DNA of 64,000 bases. Origin: a virus (lineage: Duplodnaviria > Caudoviricetes). The stretch lies in IMG/VR virus record IMGVR_UViG_3300020047_006434, positions 21,414 through 85,413 of that record. One strand, written 5' to 3'. Every line of letters starts with the position of its first letter. The stretch's first letter is position 1. The notes beneath the pieces are model-generated. The model had not been told where the DNA came from. It made no database searches and worked only from the letters and a program-made list of their open reading frames with translations. A program made the position numbers and the translations under genes. Shown here piece by piece: positions 53,997 to 62,914 of the stretch.

Positions 53997-54952
53997 GGTG
54001 CCACCTCCGCAAACAATGGCATGGATTCGTAGTCGGTCGCCTTGCCCACACGCACCACAGGCGCACGTCCGCTTGCGTTGATGGCTTCACGGATACGGGC
54101 ATGGGCCAACTCGATATAATCGGCGCTTAGGTCGATACCGATGTAGTCACGCCCTAACATGGCAGCCGTTGCACCGGTCGTGCCAGAACCATTGAACGGA
54201 TCAAGAATCGTGGCCGGCACGATGTCGGCGTTACATGTGCAGGTTGGGCGAAAGCCGATTGCCTGCTTAATGTAGCGTTCACCCGCTTGCACACGTCCGT
54301 TACCATTGACGCCGGTTTTGCCCTTGTCAAAGTAGCTGCCCTTGGCGCTTGTGTCCGGTTGGTCGGTGCGTTCAATAATGCGTTCCCACGGTGCCCCACA
54401 ATTGCCGCAAACGCCATGCTCGCTGCTTCCCGCCTTGATGCACGTCTCGGCCAACTCCGGCGGCATGGTGGCGAAGTGGGCACCGTGGTAAGGCTTGGTT
54501 GTGATGCTCCACACAGAGCGGCGGTTACGAAAACCAGATCCGGCAGTGCGAGAGTCTACACCAGCATTTTGGCGTTTTTGTATTGATGGTGCGTGCCATG
54601 AAACATTATTTCCATCAACAAAAGAACGACCCCTAAGTAATCCTAGGTCTGTGCCTTCTGTAGCTTTTTCTTTCACCGCTTCAGCGTCGTAATAATACCG
54701 CTGGCTTTTGGTCAGCAGAAAGATATACTCATGGGCCTTGGTCGGTCGGTCGATTACGCTTTCCGGCATAGGGTTGGGCTTTGCCCACACATTATCCATG
54801 CGAACAATCCATCCGTCAGATTGCAAAGCCAGTGCCACGCGATGCGGAGTAAGCATGTCATTCTTCGGCTTTATTACCGCCGGCGGCTCAAAGTATTTGA
54901 GTAGGTGCGATGGTATCTGCTCTTTTCGCATGGATATTGTTGGACGATTCAC
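53993..54952 (-). CDS. N4-C/N6-A DNA methyltransferase, C-terminal fragment
   Basis: ALQSDGW...VWAKPNPMPESVIDRPTKAHEYIFLLTK; HFATMPPELAETCI; ILDPFNGSGTTG (motif I); own AAGGAG RBS. Confidence 0.88.
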   Translation of the reverse strand: MNRPTISMRKEQIPSHLLKYFEPPAVIKPKNDMLTPHRVALALQSDGWIVRMDNVWAKPNPMPESVIDRPTKAHEYIFLLTKSQRYYYDAEAVKEKATEGTDLGLLRGRSFVDGNNVSWHAPSIQKRQNAGVDSRTAGSGFRNRRSVWSITTKPYHGAHFATMPPELAETCIKAGSSEHGVCGNCGAPWERIIERTDQPDTSAKGSYFDKGKTGVNGNGRVQAGERYIKQAIGFRPTCTCNADIVPATILDPFNGSGTTGATAAMLGRDYIGIDLSADYIELAHARIREAINASGRAPVVRVGKATDYESMPLFAEVAP

Positions 54953-55688
54953 AGATAAACTCCTTATTTACATTCTTCAAGCTATGCACCCACTTGTGGC
55001 ACTTTTCACAGAGCAATATCAGATTAGATGGTTCAGCCCTCAGTGATTCATCGGACACGAAAGATACGATGTGATGAATGTGAAAAGGTTTTCGATAAGA
55101 CTCTTTCCTGACTCCGCATCGTTGGCAATGGCCATTATCTCGTTTCCACACAAGAAGTGCGGCGGCTTTCCATTCCTTTGATGAGTACAACCGTTGCCGA
55201 TCTGGTGTGCCACCTTGCCACTCTGCATGATTCTCGCCTTGATTGTAGATGTACCAACAGACCGGAGAACAAAAGTGCTTGTCACCAACATTTTTCTTGA
55301 TTTCGGATTTGTGCTTTTCAAAATGCTTGCCACAAGTCCAACAGTTGACAGTTAGCCTAGTGCGCTTCCGTGCTGGTCTTCTAGATCCGGCGCAATGCTT
55401 GCTGCAATATATGCCAGCGCCACGATTGATATGAACAACGTGAACTGTGAACACCTTTTCGCAAACAGGACAAGGCTTAGTTACATAGTTTTCTGGCTTT
55501 GACACATGCGCAATACTGCACGCTCTGCAAATAGAACTTTGCCGATGCTTTTCCTTGCCACACAATGGGCAGGTTTTAGACTTTTCGCCTTTTTCAGCTT
55601 GTTGCTTCTGGAAGCAATCCATGCATTGCTTACCCTGCCCAGAATATAATTTATTACACTTAGGGCATTGTATCGGCTTTCGTGCCAT
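54888..55688 (-). mobile_element. HNH endonuclease with zinc-finger repeats inserted in the methyltransferase gene
   Basis: CQRCG...HIHHIVSF...NLILLCEKCH; overlaps both MTase fragments; paralogue of 15332-16219. Confidence 0.85.
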
Positions 55689-56061
55689 GTTTAGCCAACT
55701 CCTGTAAAACGAAAATATATTCTTCCTGTGTTAAGTCTCTGCGTAGAACATAGCTGCTCGACTCTATATTTTCGCTGGCAAAACTTGAACCCAAATTCAG
55801 CCAGCACACCCCATCGTCACGCAACACCCGCCACACTTCAGCGAACACACTACGCAAGGCGCAGACGTAACAGACGCTGCACGGTGGTTCCTTGCGTGCC
55901 CATGCAAGGCAATCCGGCTCAGACTCAAGGCCAATCTGCCCGTCAACACCATAGTCACGTAGTCCAGCATAAGGCGGACTAGTCACCACGCAATGCACAC
56001 TCTTTGCCGGCAGCGTGCGCAGTACCTGTCGGTTGTCACCCTGCAATAGTTGGTAAGTCAT
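55660..56061 (-). CDS. N4-C/N6-A DNA methyltransferase, N-terminal fragment
   Basis: LLQGDNRQVL...VHCVVTSPPY (motif IV) ...VWRVLRDDGVCWLNLG. Confidence 0.88.
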   Translation of the reverse strand: MTYQLLQGDNRQVLRTLPAKSVHCVVTSPPYAGLRDYGVDGQIGLESEPDCLAWARKEPPCSVCYVCALRSVFAEVWRVLRDDGVCWLNLGSSFASENIESSSYVLRRDLTQEEYIFVLQELAKHGTKADTMP

Positions 56062-56297
56062 CGTCGGCCCTCCGTCTCAATCTTGCGTATCGCCTCTGTC
56101 AGCGTACAGATAGCAGCACCTAGCCGCAACCATTCAGGCGACAGCCACGCGTGCTGCCGCTTCTGTGCCCGCAGTTCGTCAACCTGCGCAAACAGTGCTT
56201 CTGTGGCGGCCGTGGGACGAATGCGGCCGGCGTATGGGGGGAAGTCTAGTAACGCCATACCCACCCCCAATTCAGCAACGCTTCGCCCCGTTCCCAC
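56058..56297 (-). CDS. Hypothetical protein
   Basis: Coupled ORF; start uncertain. Confidence 0.45.
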   Translation of the reverse strand: MGTGRSVAELGVGMALLDFPPYAGRIRPTAATEALFAQVDELRAQKRQHAWLSPEWLRLGAAICTLTEAIRKIETEGRR

Positions 56298-56494
56298 GCC
56301 GCTTGGTAGGCCAGCGCCAGCCGTGGATCACGCACTAGCAGCACGTCAATCAGCCGCAGTCTCTGCTGCTGCGTGCTCAGCAAATTGACGACTGTGCGCA
56401 CGTCGTCGTTATCGGTGATTCCATCCGTTAGCCATTGCCGAAGTTCTTCAATGTTTGCTGCGATGCGGCGCCGGCAGGTTAGCCAGTCCGCCAT
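56246..56494 (-). CDS. Hypothetical protein
   Basis: ORF on operon strand. Confidence 0.55.
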   Translation of the reverse strand: MADWLTCRRRIAANIEELRQWLTDGITDNDDVRTVVNLLSTQQQRLRLIDVLLVRDPRLALAYQAAWERGEALLNWGWVWRY

Positions 56495-56500
56495 AATTGA

Positions 56501-57376
56501 TTAGTCCTTAGTCAATAATTTCCAAGCCGTTGCAACTACTGCCGATACTTGCCCGTTGCCTAGCGCTTTGAGCCGGTCAACACGGTTAGTGACGCCCTTG
56601 GCTACCCGTGGTATATCCGGCTCGTTGGGCCACCAAGCACCGTTGGTCACTGCGTCAAGCCACTGGGCAAAGCTGTCAGCCGGTAGCGGTTCCAACGATG
56701 TCCAACCGATAGGCCAGCCCATCAACCATTCAACCCAGTTGGGATTGAGCGCACCATTTAACTCCTGTTCACTGACGCCATTGTTGCGCATCATCTGGCG
56801 CGCCCCACTACCACCCCACTTGCACAGAGCAGCGCCACCTGTGTCAGTCACGGCGGTTGGCGTCGGCCACATCTGGACAGCCGCAGACAACGCTGGCGAG
56901 TGCCGATTCATCTCGCTTGCACTGGCATTCCGTTTGTAGTCGGATGCCTTTATTGTGGGCCACAATCCAGAGCCGATCTCGTTTGTGCGGTGCTCCCAGT
57001 TCGGCTGCGGATAAAATGCGCCATCGACAATCAAACCCGCTTTCGGCCAAGTCTCCCAGGATGGTCCCGAAATATCCGCTAGCAACCAGCCCTGCGACAT
57101 TTTCCAGCAGCGCGTATCGGGGTCGAATGATGCGAATGCACTCGATAGTTGCGGGCCACATGTTACGGGGGTCGTCTGCTCCAAGTCGCTCCCCTGCGTT
57201 GGAAAACGGTTGACAGGGGAATCCACCTGTGATGATGTCCGTAACTCCTCGATAAAGCTCCGCAGATCCTGAACTAACGAATGTTCGGATATCGCCAAAG
57301 ATGGGGGCGTTTGGTAGCAGTCCGTCAAGGATTCGCTGTCTGATAACTCGCTGGCAGTAGTCGTTAAATTCAACAT
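56501..57376 (-). CDS. C5-cytosine methyltransferase, second (alternate-frame) polypeptide carrying TRD and motifs IX-X; start uncertain
   Basis: WPT repeats, LNPNWVEWLMGWPIGWT, RVDRLKALGNGQV. Confidence 0.7.
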   Translation of the reverse strand: MLNLTTTASELSDSESLTDCYQTPPSLAISEHSLVQDLRSFIEELRTSSQVDSPVNRFPTQGSDLEQTTPVTCGPQLSSAFASFDPDTRCWKMSQGWLLADISGPSWETWPKAGLIVDGAFYPQPNWEHRTNEIGSGLWPTIKASDYKRNASASEMNRHSPALSAAVQMWPTPTAVTDTGGAALCKWGGSGARQMMRNNGVSEQELNGALNPNWVEWLMGWPIGWTSLEPLPADSFAQWLDAVTNGAWWPNEPDIPRVAKGVTNRVDRLKALGNGQVSAVVATAWKLLTKD

Positions 57377-57455
57377 AACCGATTGGTTTCCATCCTAACA
57401 AGTGCGTACCCAACAAACCGCCACCGGCGCCACTGAACAGCGACAACTCGTTCAC
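56844..57455 (-). CDS. C5-cytosine DNA methyltransferase, motifs I-VIII
   Basis: LSLFSGAGG, GGFPCQPFS (catalytic Cys), LLENVAGL, GAPHKRDRLW; no motif X in this frame. Confidence 0.9.
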   Translation of the reverse strand: MNELSLFSGAGGGLLGTHLLGWKPIGYVEFNDYCQRVIRQRILDGLLPNAPIFGDIRTFVSSGSAELYRGVTDIITGGFPCQPFSNAGERLGADDPRNMWPATIECIRIIRPRYALLENVAGLVASGYFGTILGDLAESGFDCRWRILSAAELGAPHKRDRLWIVAHNKGIRLQTECQCKRDESALASVVCGCPDVADANRRD

Positions 57456-57644
57456 GCCCCCACCTTCTCCGTTACAGTTTCCACAATAGCGTGCTGCGTT
57501 ACTTTCTTTGCAGCGGCATTTTGTGGTAGCATTGTCTCAACAAGCGCAACCGCCGCCTCTGCATACGTGCCACCACAAGCACGCCGCACGTTGACCGGCT
57601 GGCCGCGAAACATGAACACGTGAATCACCGGAGAAAGACGACTA

Positions 57645-57935
57645 CTATGCTGCATGATCCGGGTCTCCGTTTGGCAACGAAAGCAGTTGGTCAAGTGACA
57701 CGGCCAATGCCTCACTCAATACTGCCGCATCCTCTGGCGTCAACGGTTGCGCGCCACTCTCTAGCTTACACATCTTACTATTGTGAAAATTCACTTTCTG
57801 CGCAAGTTCATTCTGTCCAATGTCGCGCTCAGCGCGCAGCAAACGGATACGAGCGCCCACAATGCGCCTGTTGCGTGGCGAGGACAGCAACCGCTGAACC
57901 TCCACAACCTTCTGAAACGCCGAATCAATTGTCAT
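57645..57935 (-). CDS. XRE (Cro/CI-type) HTH transcriptional regulator
   Basis: VGARIRLLRAERDIGQNELAQKV...KLESG...LSEALAVSLDQLL; GGAGG RBS. Confidence 0.88.
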   Translation of the reverse strand: MTIDSAFQKVVEVQRLLSSPRNRRIVGARIRLLRAERDIGQNELAQKVNFHNSKMCKLESGAQPLTPEDAAVLSEALAVSLDQLLSLPNGDPDHAA

Positions 57936-58266
57936 CAAAAAGACCTCCATGTCATTGCTGAATCTGGAACAAATTTCATTAATAGCAATGATAGCAGGTT
58001 TTTTACCAGTTGTCAACAATGAATTTTCTGTTTTAGAAATTTATGTCTAGGAAAGGGATACCATGCGAATCGATGCTAGTGCTTGACGACATTCCCCGCG
58101 CCAATGCCTGGTTTCGGCGCCACTTTCGGGTGTGGATGCAAAGTAACGAAGTGGTCAATGTCGATGCGCTGTAGGTTTGCACTTGGCGAGAACACATTGA
58201 CGATAGTGTTCTGAGTAGATAGAGAATTATCAGCGAATGATCAGTAGAAAATCAGCAAAAGTCAGC

Positions 58267-58301
58267 AAAAAGCGCCGGCCATTGCGGACCCGGCGCTTTT
58301 T
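58267..58301. terminator. Bidirectional terminator
   Basis: AAAAAGCGCCGG...CCGGCGCTTTTT. Confidence 0.75.
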
Positions 58302-58362
58302 AATGTGTCAAAGGATGCAATTAGAAAGTTCCAGCAAGAGGATCAAAGACTTTGTGTAAACA

Positions 58363-59205
58363 CTATGCCGCCTTGCGTAGCACCTGAATACCGTTCTCTT
58401 GTTCTCTTTCCGTATCACGCTTGCGATTAGGTGTGTACTTTGAAAGAATCACCCGATCCGAATCACTCTCTTTGTAATTGTATAACTTGTTAAACAAATC
58501 GATATATGAATCAACATCAACACACTTAACAAGGCGGGTGCTAAGAAACTTCATTTTTCGCATCATACGAGCATGATCATATTGTCCGCCGGAAAACAAA
58601 TTGTACAGCGCACTGATAAAAACACGCTCGTATGCACCGTCAAAGTAAATGGCAAAATCCTTTGCAGCTTCCACCACCTTGGTTGCAAACACGATATTAT
58701 TAGCCTTATATGTGCCATCCTTAAAGTACTTATGCAGATCGACCTTATCACCATAATGACAGATCTGATAAGCGGTAGCAGTAGTCAGGAATGGGTATTT
58801 CTTTTGAAACTCGCGAAGGCGTAAGTACTCAGCATTACCTTCAGTGCAGTACCGGTGCAAGTAGTCCTCTACCCTCCAATTTCTCTGGTAACTATTTAGC
58901 AGAGCCACATCGTCACGATTTGCAGACTTTGTGATCTGGTAATAAATCCGCAATCCAAGCTGCTTTGCAGCGTACCATCGGTGCTGCCCATCAATAATAA
59001 CCCGATTCGTGTCAACCTTAATCGGGTTATCTTCAAGCATATTTTTTCTCGCAATGGAATCGGCAATTTCAGCGGCATGATCCATGTCAATGGGGCGATT
59101 CGATGGATCTAATCTGAACTGATCGTAGTTTGTTGTTGAGTAGATGGCGTTTACAACCAAATCCTCTTGACGTTGCAAAGGGCCATGATACAATGAGTTA
59201 GACAT
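58363..59205 (-). CDS. ParB/Srx N-terminal-like domain protein
   Basis: SNRPID...IADSI...NPIKV...IIDGQHRWYAAKQLG. Confidence 0.75.
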   Translation of the reverse strand: MSNSLYHGPLQRQEDLVVNAIYSTTNYDQFRLDPSNRPIDMDHAAEIADSIARKNMLEDNPIKVDTNRVIIDGQHRWYAAKQLGLRIYYQITKSANRDDVALLNSYQRNWRVEDYLHRYCTEGNAEYLRLREFQKKYPFLTTATAYQICHYGDKVDLHKYFKDGTYKANNIVFATKVVEAAKDFAIYFDGAYERVFISALYNLFSGGQYDHARMMRKMKFLSTRLVKCVDVDSYIDLFNKLYNYKESDSDRVILSKYTPNRKRDTEREQENGIQVLRKAA

Positions 59206-59357
59206 GAAAAAACCTTTCTGTCATATAGACAATTCAATACCTACTTTGCAAAAGACACAGGCGCCTACCTGTGTCTTTTATTTTACCTACTTTTCGCGAT
59301 TTCCGCAATAGGCAATTTTCAATAGTGGGAATTGTTCCACAAACAGAAATGACTATC

Positions 59358-59756
59358 TTATTTCTTCTTGATCAGCGCCATCCCATGCTTGGCGCGCTCA
59401 ATCAACACATTGTACAGCTTGATTTCGTGCTCTGCTTGCTGGGTGCGTTCAGCAAAGGCGACAAGGTGAAGTTGGATCTCCATAGCGTCTTTGATGTGGT
59501 CAAGTATATTATATAGTTCCTTTCTGTCCTCAGGAGACTCTTTTTTATCCTCTGGAACTTCCTTTTCCTGCTTTGACAGCATGGCAAAGATGTCTTCGAC
59601 AGCGGCAACCAGGGCGTCTTTATTATCGGACATGTGAGCTACAGCGATTGACACAACATTGCTTCTGGGGATACTCATGTCATTGGCTAGGGTGTCGATT
59701 TGTTTGTCGATGTTAGTCGGCAGATATAAACACACGGCTTTCTTTTCAGTTGACAT
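59358..59756 (-). CDS. RHH-like regulator with coiled-coil C-terminus
   Basis: VCLYLPTNIDKQIDTLANDMSIPRSNVVSIAV. Confidence 0.65.
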   Translation of the reverse strand: MSTEKKAVCLYLPTNIDKQIDTLANDMSIPRSNVVSIAVAHMSDNKDALVAAVEDIFAMLSKQEKEVPEDKKESPEDRKELYNILDHIKDAMEIQLHLVAFAERTQQAEHEIKLYNVLIERAKHGMALIKKK

Positions 59757-59943
59757 CGGGTTGACCTTTCTGGACATCGACAAGATGAAAGTTGCCATCA
59801 TCATCTTCAATGACTTGCGCTTTCATAACAAGCAGACCAACAAATTCACCCTTTTTCAAACCAAGCTTCTGGCTAAGTTCATAGAGTTTCAGGGATTCTT
59901 TGGGAGTTAGACTGAAATGTACTGGGTATCTTGTTTCACTCAT
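59746..59943 (-). CDS. Small RHH-like DNA-binding protein
   Basis: VHFSLTPKESLKLYELSQKLGLKKGEFVGLL; GAGG RBS. Confidence 0.6.
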   Translation of the reverse strand: MSETRYPVHFSLTPKESLKLYELSQKLGLKKGEFVGLLVMKAQVIEDDDGNFHLVDVQKGQPDVN

Positions 59944-59952
59944 CTTGTCACC

Positions 59953-60228
59953 TCAATTGAACACGATCAAATTAGATTCGACGGGTTGGGCGTCACATGC
60001 GGCCACAGCCATATTGTAACCGACGGCGAAAGCGCATTGCTCGGCATCGCCCATCAAGCGCCCAGCGGCTTCGTAGACAGCATTGAACACATCAGCGGGC
60101 ATGTTGAGTTTGAGTATATCCTGATAGAAGGTTTCCAAGTGATCTTGGAACTGCTCACAAGCGGCATTATATAGTTGGGTGCGAGGTAGATCCGATGATA
60201 GAATAAGTGTAGCCATAGGAAAGTCCAT
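59953..60228 (-). CDS. Hypothetical helical protein
   Basis: ORF on operon strand. Confidence 0.55.
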   Translation of the reverse strand: MDFPMATLILSSDLPRTQLYNAACEQFQDHLETFYQDILKLNMPADVFNAVYEAAGRLMGDAEQCAFAVGYNMAVAACDAQPVESNLIVFN

Positions 60229-60279
60229 ACCTTTCTTGTGGTGATTAGCCGGTTGGGTGGTGAAGACACCTGGCCGGCT

Positions 60280-60429
60280 TTACTTTCGCTCTTTCATTAA
60301 ACGCTCTGCTTCAGCCTTCGCCAATCGTTCCATGACCTCTTGCATTGTTTCCCCGGTCAAAGCGGCGATCAGCCGCAAGGCTTTGCGAGCACCCTCAGTA
60401 AGTTTCATCGTAACTTTTTCTTTATCCAT
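60280..60429 (-). CDS. 49-aa RHH-like regulator (not in ORF track)
   Basis: MDKEKVTMKLTEGARKALRLIAALTGETMQEVMERLA...; promoter upstream. Confidence 0.7.
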   Translation of the reverse strand: MDKEKVTMKLTEGARKALRLIAALTGETMQEVMERLAKAEAERLMKERK

Positions 60430-60476
60430 TACCTGCCTGCTATTCACCTCCATTGATAATGTATCTACTAGTAGTC

Positions 60477-60505
60477 ATAGTAGCACAATATCAAGTAGTA
60501 GTCAA
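60477..60505 (-). promoter_or_regulatory. sigma70 promoter with AGTAGTCA repeats
   Basis: TTGACT-17-TACTAT. Confidence 0.6.
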
Positions 60506-60656
60506 GCGATTCGCTCATGATCCAACCTTAAATTTTTGCACTTTTGCATAGCCATATATCATGCAACTTTCATAACGCAATCAGCGCTGCCCGCAAGAGT
60601 TACCCAAGAACAGTGAAAATTACCCACATTTCAGCTAAATTGTACTACATAGTTAT

Positions 60657-60670
60657 CGAACTTTTGTTCT
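60657..60670. promoter_or_regulatory. LexA (Cheo-type SOS) box
   Basis: CGAAC-TTTT-GTTCT. Confidence 0.55.
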
Positions 60671-60898
60671 AATTACACGAGTATGAGTAAAAAAAAGTTA
60701 TTGAGTTACCGTTATCCCCATCCTAAATCATTTATAATATAATTATATGTCTAAAATATACATATAATTATATAATGTTTATATATATATAGCATATAAG
60801 TGTATTTTTTTATTATTTTATAAACTAAACCAAGAATGAATAACTAAAATAACATGGATAACTCTCTCAGAGTAAAATACCCTAAAAATGCCAGTTAT

Positions 60899-60912
60899 CG
60901 AACGTTTGTTCG
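60899..60912. promoter_or_regulatory. LexA (Cheo-type SOS) box
   Basis: CGAAC-GTTT-GTTCG, full consensus. Confidence 0.65.
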
Positions 60913-61181
60913 GATAACTGAGTTTTTGAAACTTCACTATTAATTGCAGAAAAGTTAAGAATATTTTCATAAATTATTGAATTACTTCGTATAACAATCT
61001 TCGTTTTTGCAATTTTTGTTGCAGTCATTTTCGCATCCCCGCCAGTTATCCAAGTTATCCTTATTCCATACCTTCGCCAGCTTACTGCATTGTCAATTGC
61101 TAAAATAGGAATTAAGTGCTACAATTCTAGTCACTTAGCCGCTTACCACGCAAATTCATTGCTAATTTAGAAATTTAGTGC

Positions 61182-61210
61182 TTGACAAGGGATTGACATT
61201 GTGTTAATAT
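61182..61210 (+). promoter_or_regulatory. sigma70 promoter for recombination operon
   Basis: TTGACA-17-TAATAT. Confidence 0.65.
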
Positions 61211-61294
61211 TTCTATTGTAGCAACTGACCAACACGCAAAGTCGCCATCGCTACATAGATTCCATCTTATTTGAGCACAAGAAAGGCTTAAACC

Positions 61295-61996
61295 ATGTCC
61301 ACGTATTTAGACCCGATGAGCACCGCAGTTGAAGAAGCAGAGCGCCCGAATTTTATCTACGGGCAGTTGGAAGTGAGCGCCGCGTTTATTCAGTTCGTCA
61401 ACAAAAAAAAGACGGTCTGGACGGAACACGATGACGCCAAAGAGCGCCGCACTGAGGTCACTATGGTGATCAACCCCATTGAAGAAACTGGCCTTACACA
61501 ATTGTTCACCCGCTCCACGATCTGCGGTAATCGCGGCGAGTGGGCCGATATTATTTGGCCCAGCTTGCGGGATGTGTGCGGCATTAAGGAGTTGCGCGCC
61601 GCTGACAAGAAGTTTGTCAAAGTCGAGGTCGTCAAGACTGGCCGCAAGTACACCAACAAAAACGGCGAAGAAGTGGAAAACACAACCTTCAAATTCCACG
61701 GGCTGTTTACCGACAAGGCTGGATGTGTTAGTGCATTTTCCGCCGACGGCGGCACCCCCAAGAGCACGCTGAACGTTGCGCCGGCCAATAACCCTGGCGA
61801 TCCGATGGCCATTGACATGACGCCCAACGCCAACAATCTGGAACGGGAAAGCTCCAAGCTTTTCCTGCCGATGCTGGTGAAAGCTGCCGGCGGTGACGTC
61901 AATCAATTGAAGACCATGATCGCATCCATGACGCCATTGAACAAGTATTTTACCGTTGATTCGCCCGAAGTCGTTGAACTCCTCAAGGCGGCATAA
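61295..61996 (+). CDS. Hypothetical protein, possibly ssDNA-binding
   Basis: GAAAGG RBS; beta-rich N-half; first gene of recombination operon. Confidence 0.55.
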   Translation: MSTYLDPMSTAVEEAERPNFIYGQLEVSAAFIQFVNKKKTVWTEHDDAKERRTEVTMVINPIEETGLTQLFTRSTICGNRGEWADIIWPSLRDVCGIKELRAADKKFVKVEVVKTGRKYTNKNGEEVENTTFKFHGLFTDKAGCVSAFSADGGTPKSTLNVAPANNPGDPMAIDMTPNANNLERESSKLFLPMLVKAAGGDVNQLKTMIASMTPLNKYFTVDSPEVVELLKAA

Positions 61997-62189
61997 CATG
62001 GAAGAAATTTACGAGTTCATTAATGTCTATATCAACTTGCAAGAATTGTATCCAGATAGCCGCACGGGTTTTGTCTGGATGCTGATGGACGCCACAAGAC
62101 TCGACAAAGCTGCCGCTGACGCCCTTCGTTACGATTTTACCTAACCATAGAAGCGCCGCCGGCCGCTTACAATAGCCGGCGCTTTTATT

Positions 62190-62912
62190 ATGACAATCTC
62201 AATGATTATGGTTGACAGCCGTGAGCCAAAATGGGTGCATGACCTCAAGTTTGGCGGCGCCATGAAGATGGTCACGGCGCTTGACTATGGCGATGCGTGG
62301 GTGACGGCCGGCAATGGTGACATGATCTGTATAGAACGCAAAGCCCCCAACGACCTACTCGGTAGCATTAAAGACAACCGGCTGTTTAATCAAATCGCCG
62401 GGATCCGGGCAAAGACCCCGTGGTCTTATTTGGTAGTTACCGGCGTGCTAACGGCCACAGTGCAGGGCAAAGTCGTTGCAGATGAACGGGTAAGCGGCTG
62501 GGACTGGAACAGCGTTCAGGGCGCTTTGCTGACTGTACAGGAAATGGGCGTGCGGGTTGTGTTCGCCCAGTCTGACAACGACTATGAAGCTATGGTCTGC
62601 CGACTTTGCAGCCGGGACCGCAAACCGGAATTCGTGATCGAGCCACTATCACAGCCTAAGTTTATGTCACCCGGTGAAATCATGCTGACCGCACTCCCCG
62701 GCATTGGTCTGGAACGTGCGCAGACTTTGTTGAAAGAGTTTGACAACCGCCCTGCTGACGCACTCGCTTGGCTGACCTGGCACCGATGGAATGAGGATCA
62801 TCCAGTCGCCGGCATTAGTACAGGCATTAAAAAAGCAGTGCGCACGGCGCTCAATATTGAAGACTGGCATGTAATCGACATCGTGAGAGATGAAAAATAT
62901 CAGGAGAATTGA
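62190..62912 (+). CDS. ERCC4/XPF-family nuclease (possible resolvase)
   Basis: MVDSREP, GDAW, IERKAPNDLLGSIKDNRLFNQ; C-terminal HhH LTALPGIGLERAQTLL. Confidence 0.85.
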   Translation: MTISMIMVDSREPKWVHDLKFGGAMKMVTALDYGDAWVTAGNGDMICIERKAPNDLLGSIKDNRLFNQIAGIRAKTPWSYLVVTGVLTATVQGKVVADERVSGWDWNSVQGALLTVQEMGVRVVFAQSDNDYEAMVCRLCSRDRKPEFVIEPLSQPKFMSPGEIMLTALPGIGLERAQTLLKEFDNRPADALAWLTWHRWNEDHPVAGISTGIKKAVRTALNIEDWHVIDIVRDEKYQEN

Positions 62913-62914
62913 TA

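Larger units (their letters stand above)
60520..61180. other. AT-rich non-coding region, candidate replication origin/control region
   Basis: No ORF of 60 aa or more; 14-bp inverted repeat 60737-60773; repeated GTTATC; one DnaA-box-like TTATCCCCA at 60712-60720. Confidence 0.55.

Noticed and set aside
54888-55688. Group I intron or intein explaining the methyltransferase interruption
   Set aside because: Only a few bases flank the HNH ORF, leaving no room for a ribozyme core; frames differ and there are no intein C/S...HN termini; not excluded without RT-PCR
58363-59205. ParABS partition system
   Set aside because: ParB-N-like domain only; no Walker-type ParA or HTH-parS arrangement in the window
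61307-61999. 230-aa antisense ORF spanning 61295-61996
   Set aside because: Shadow of the + strand gene that has the promoter and RBS; no motif or RBS of its own
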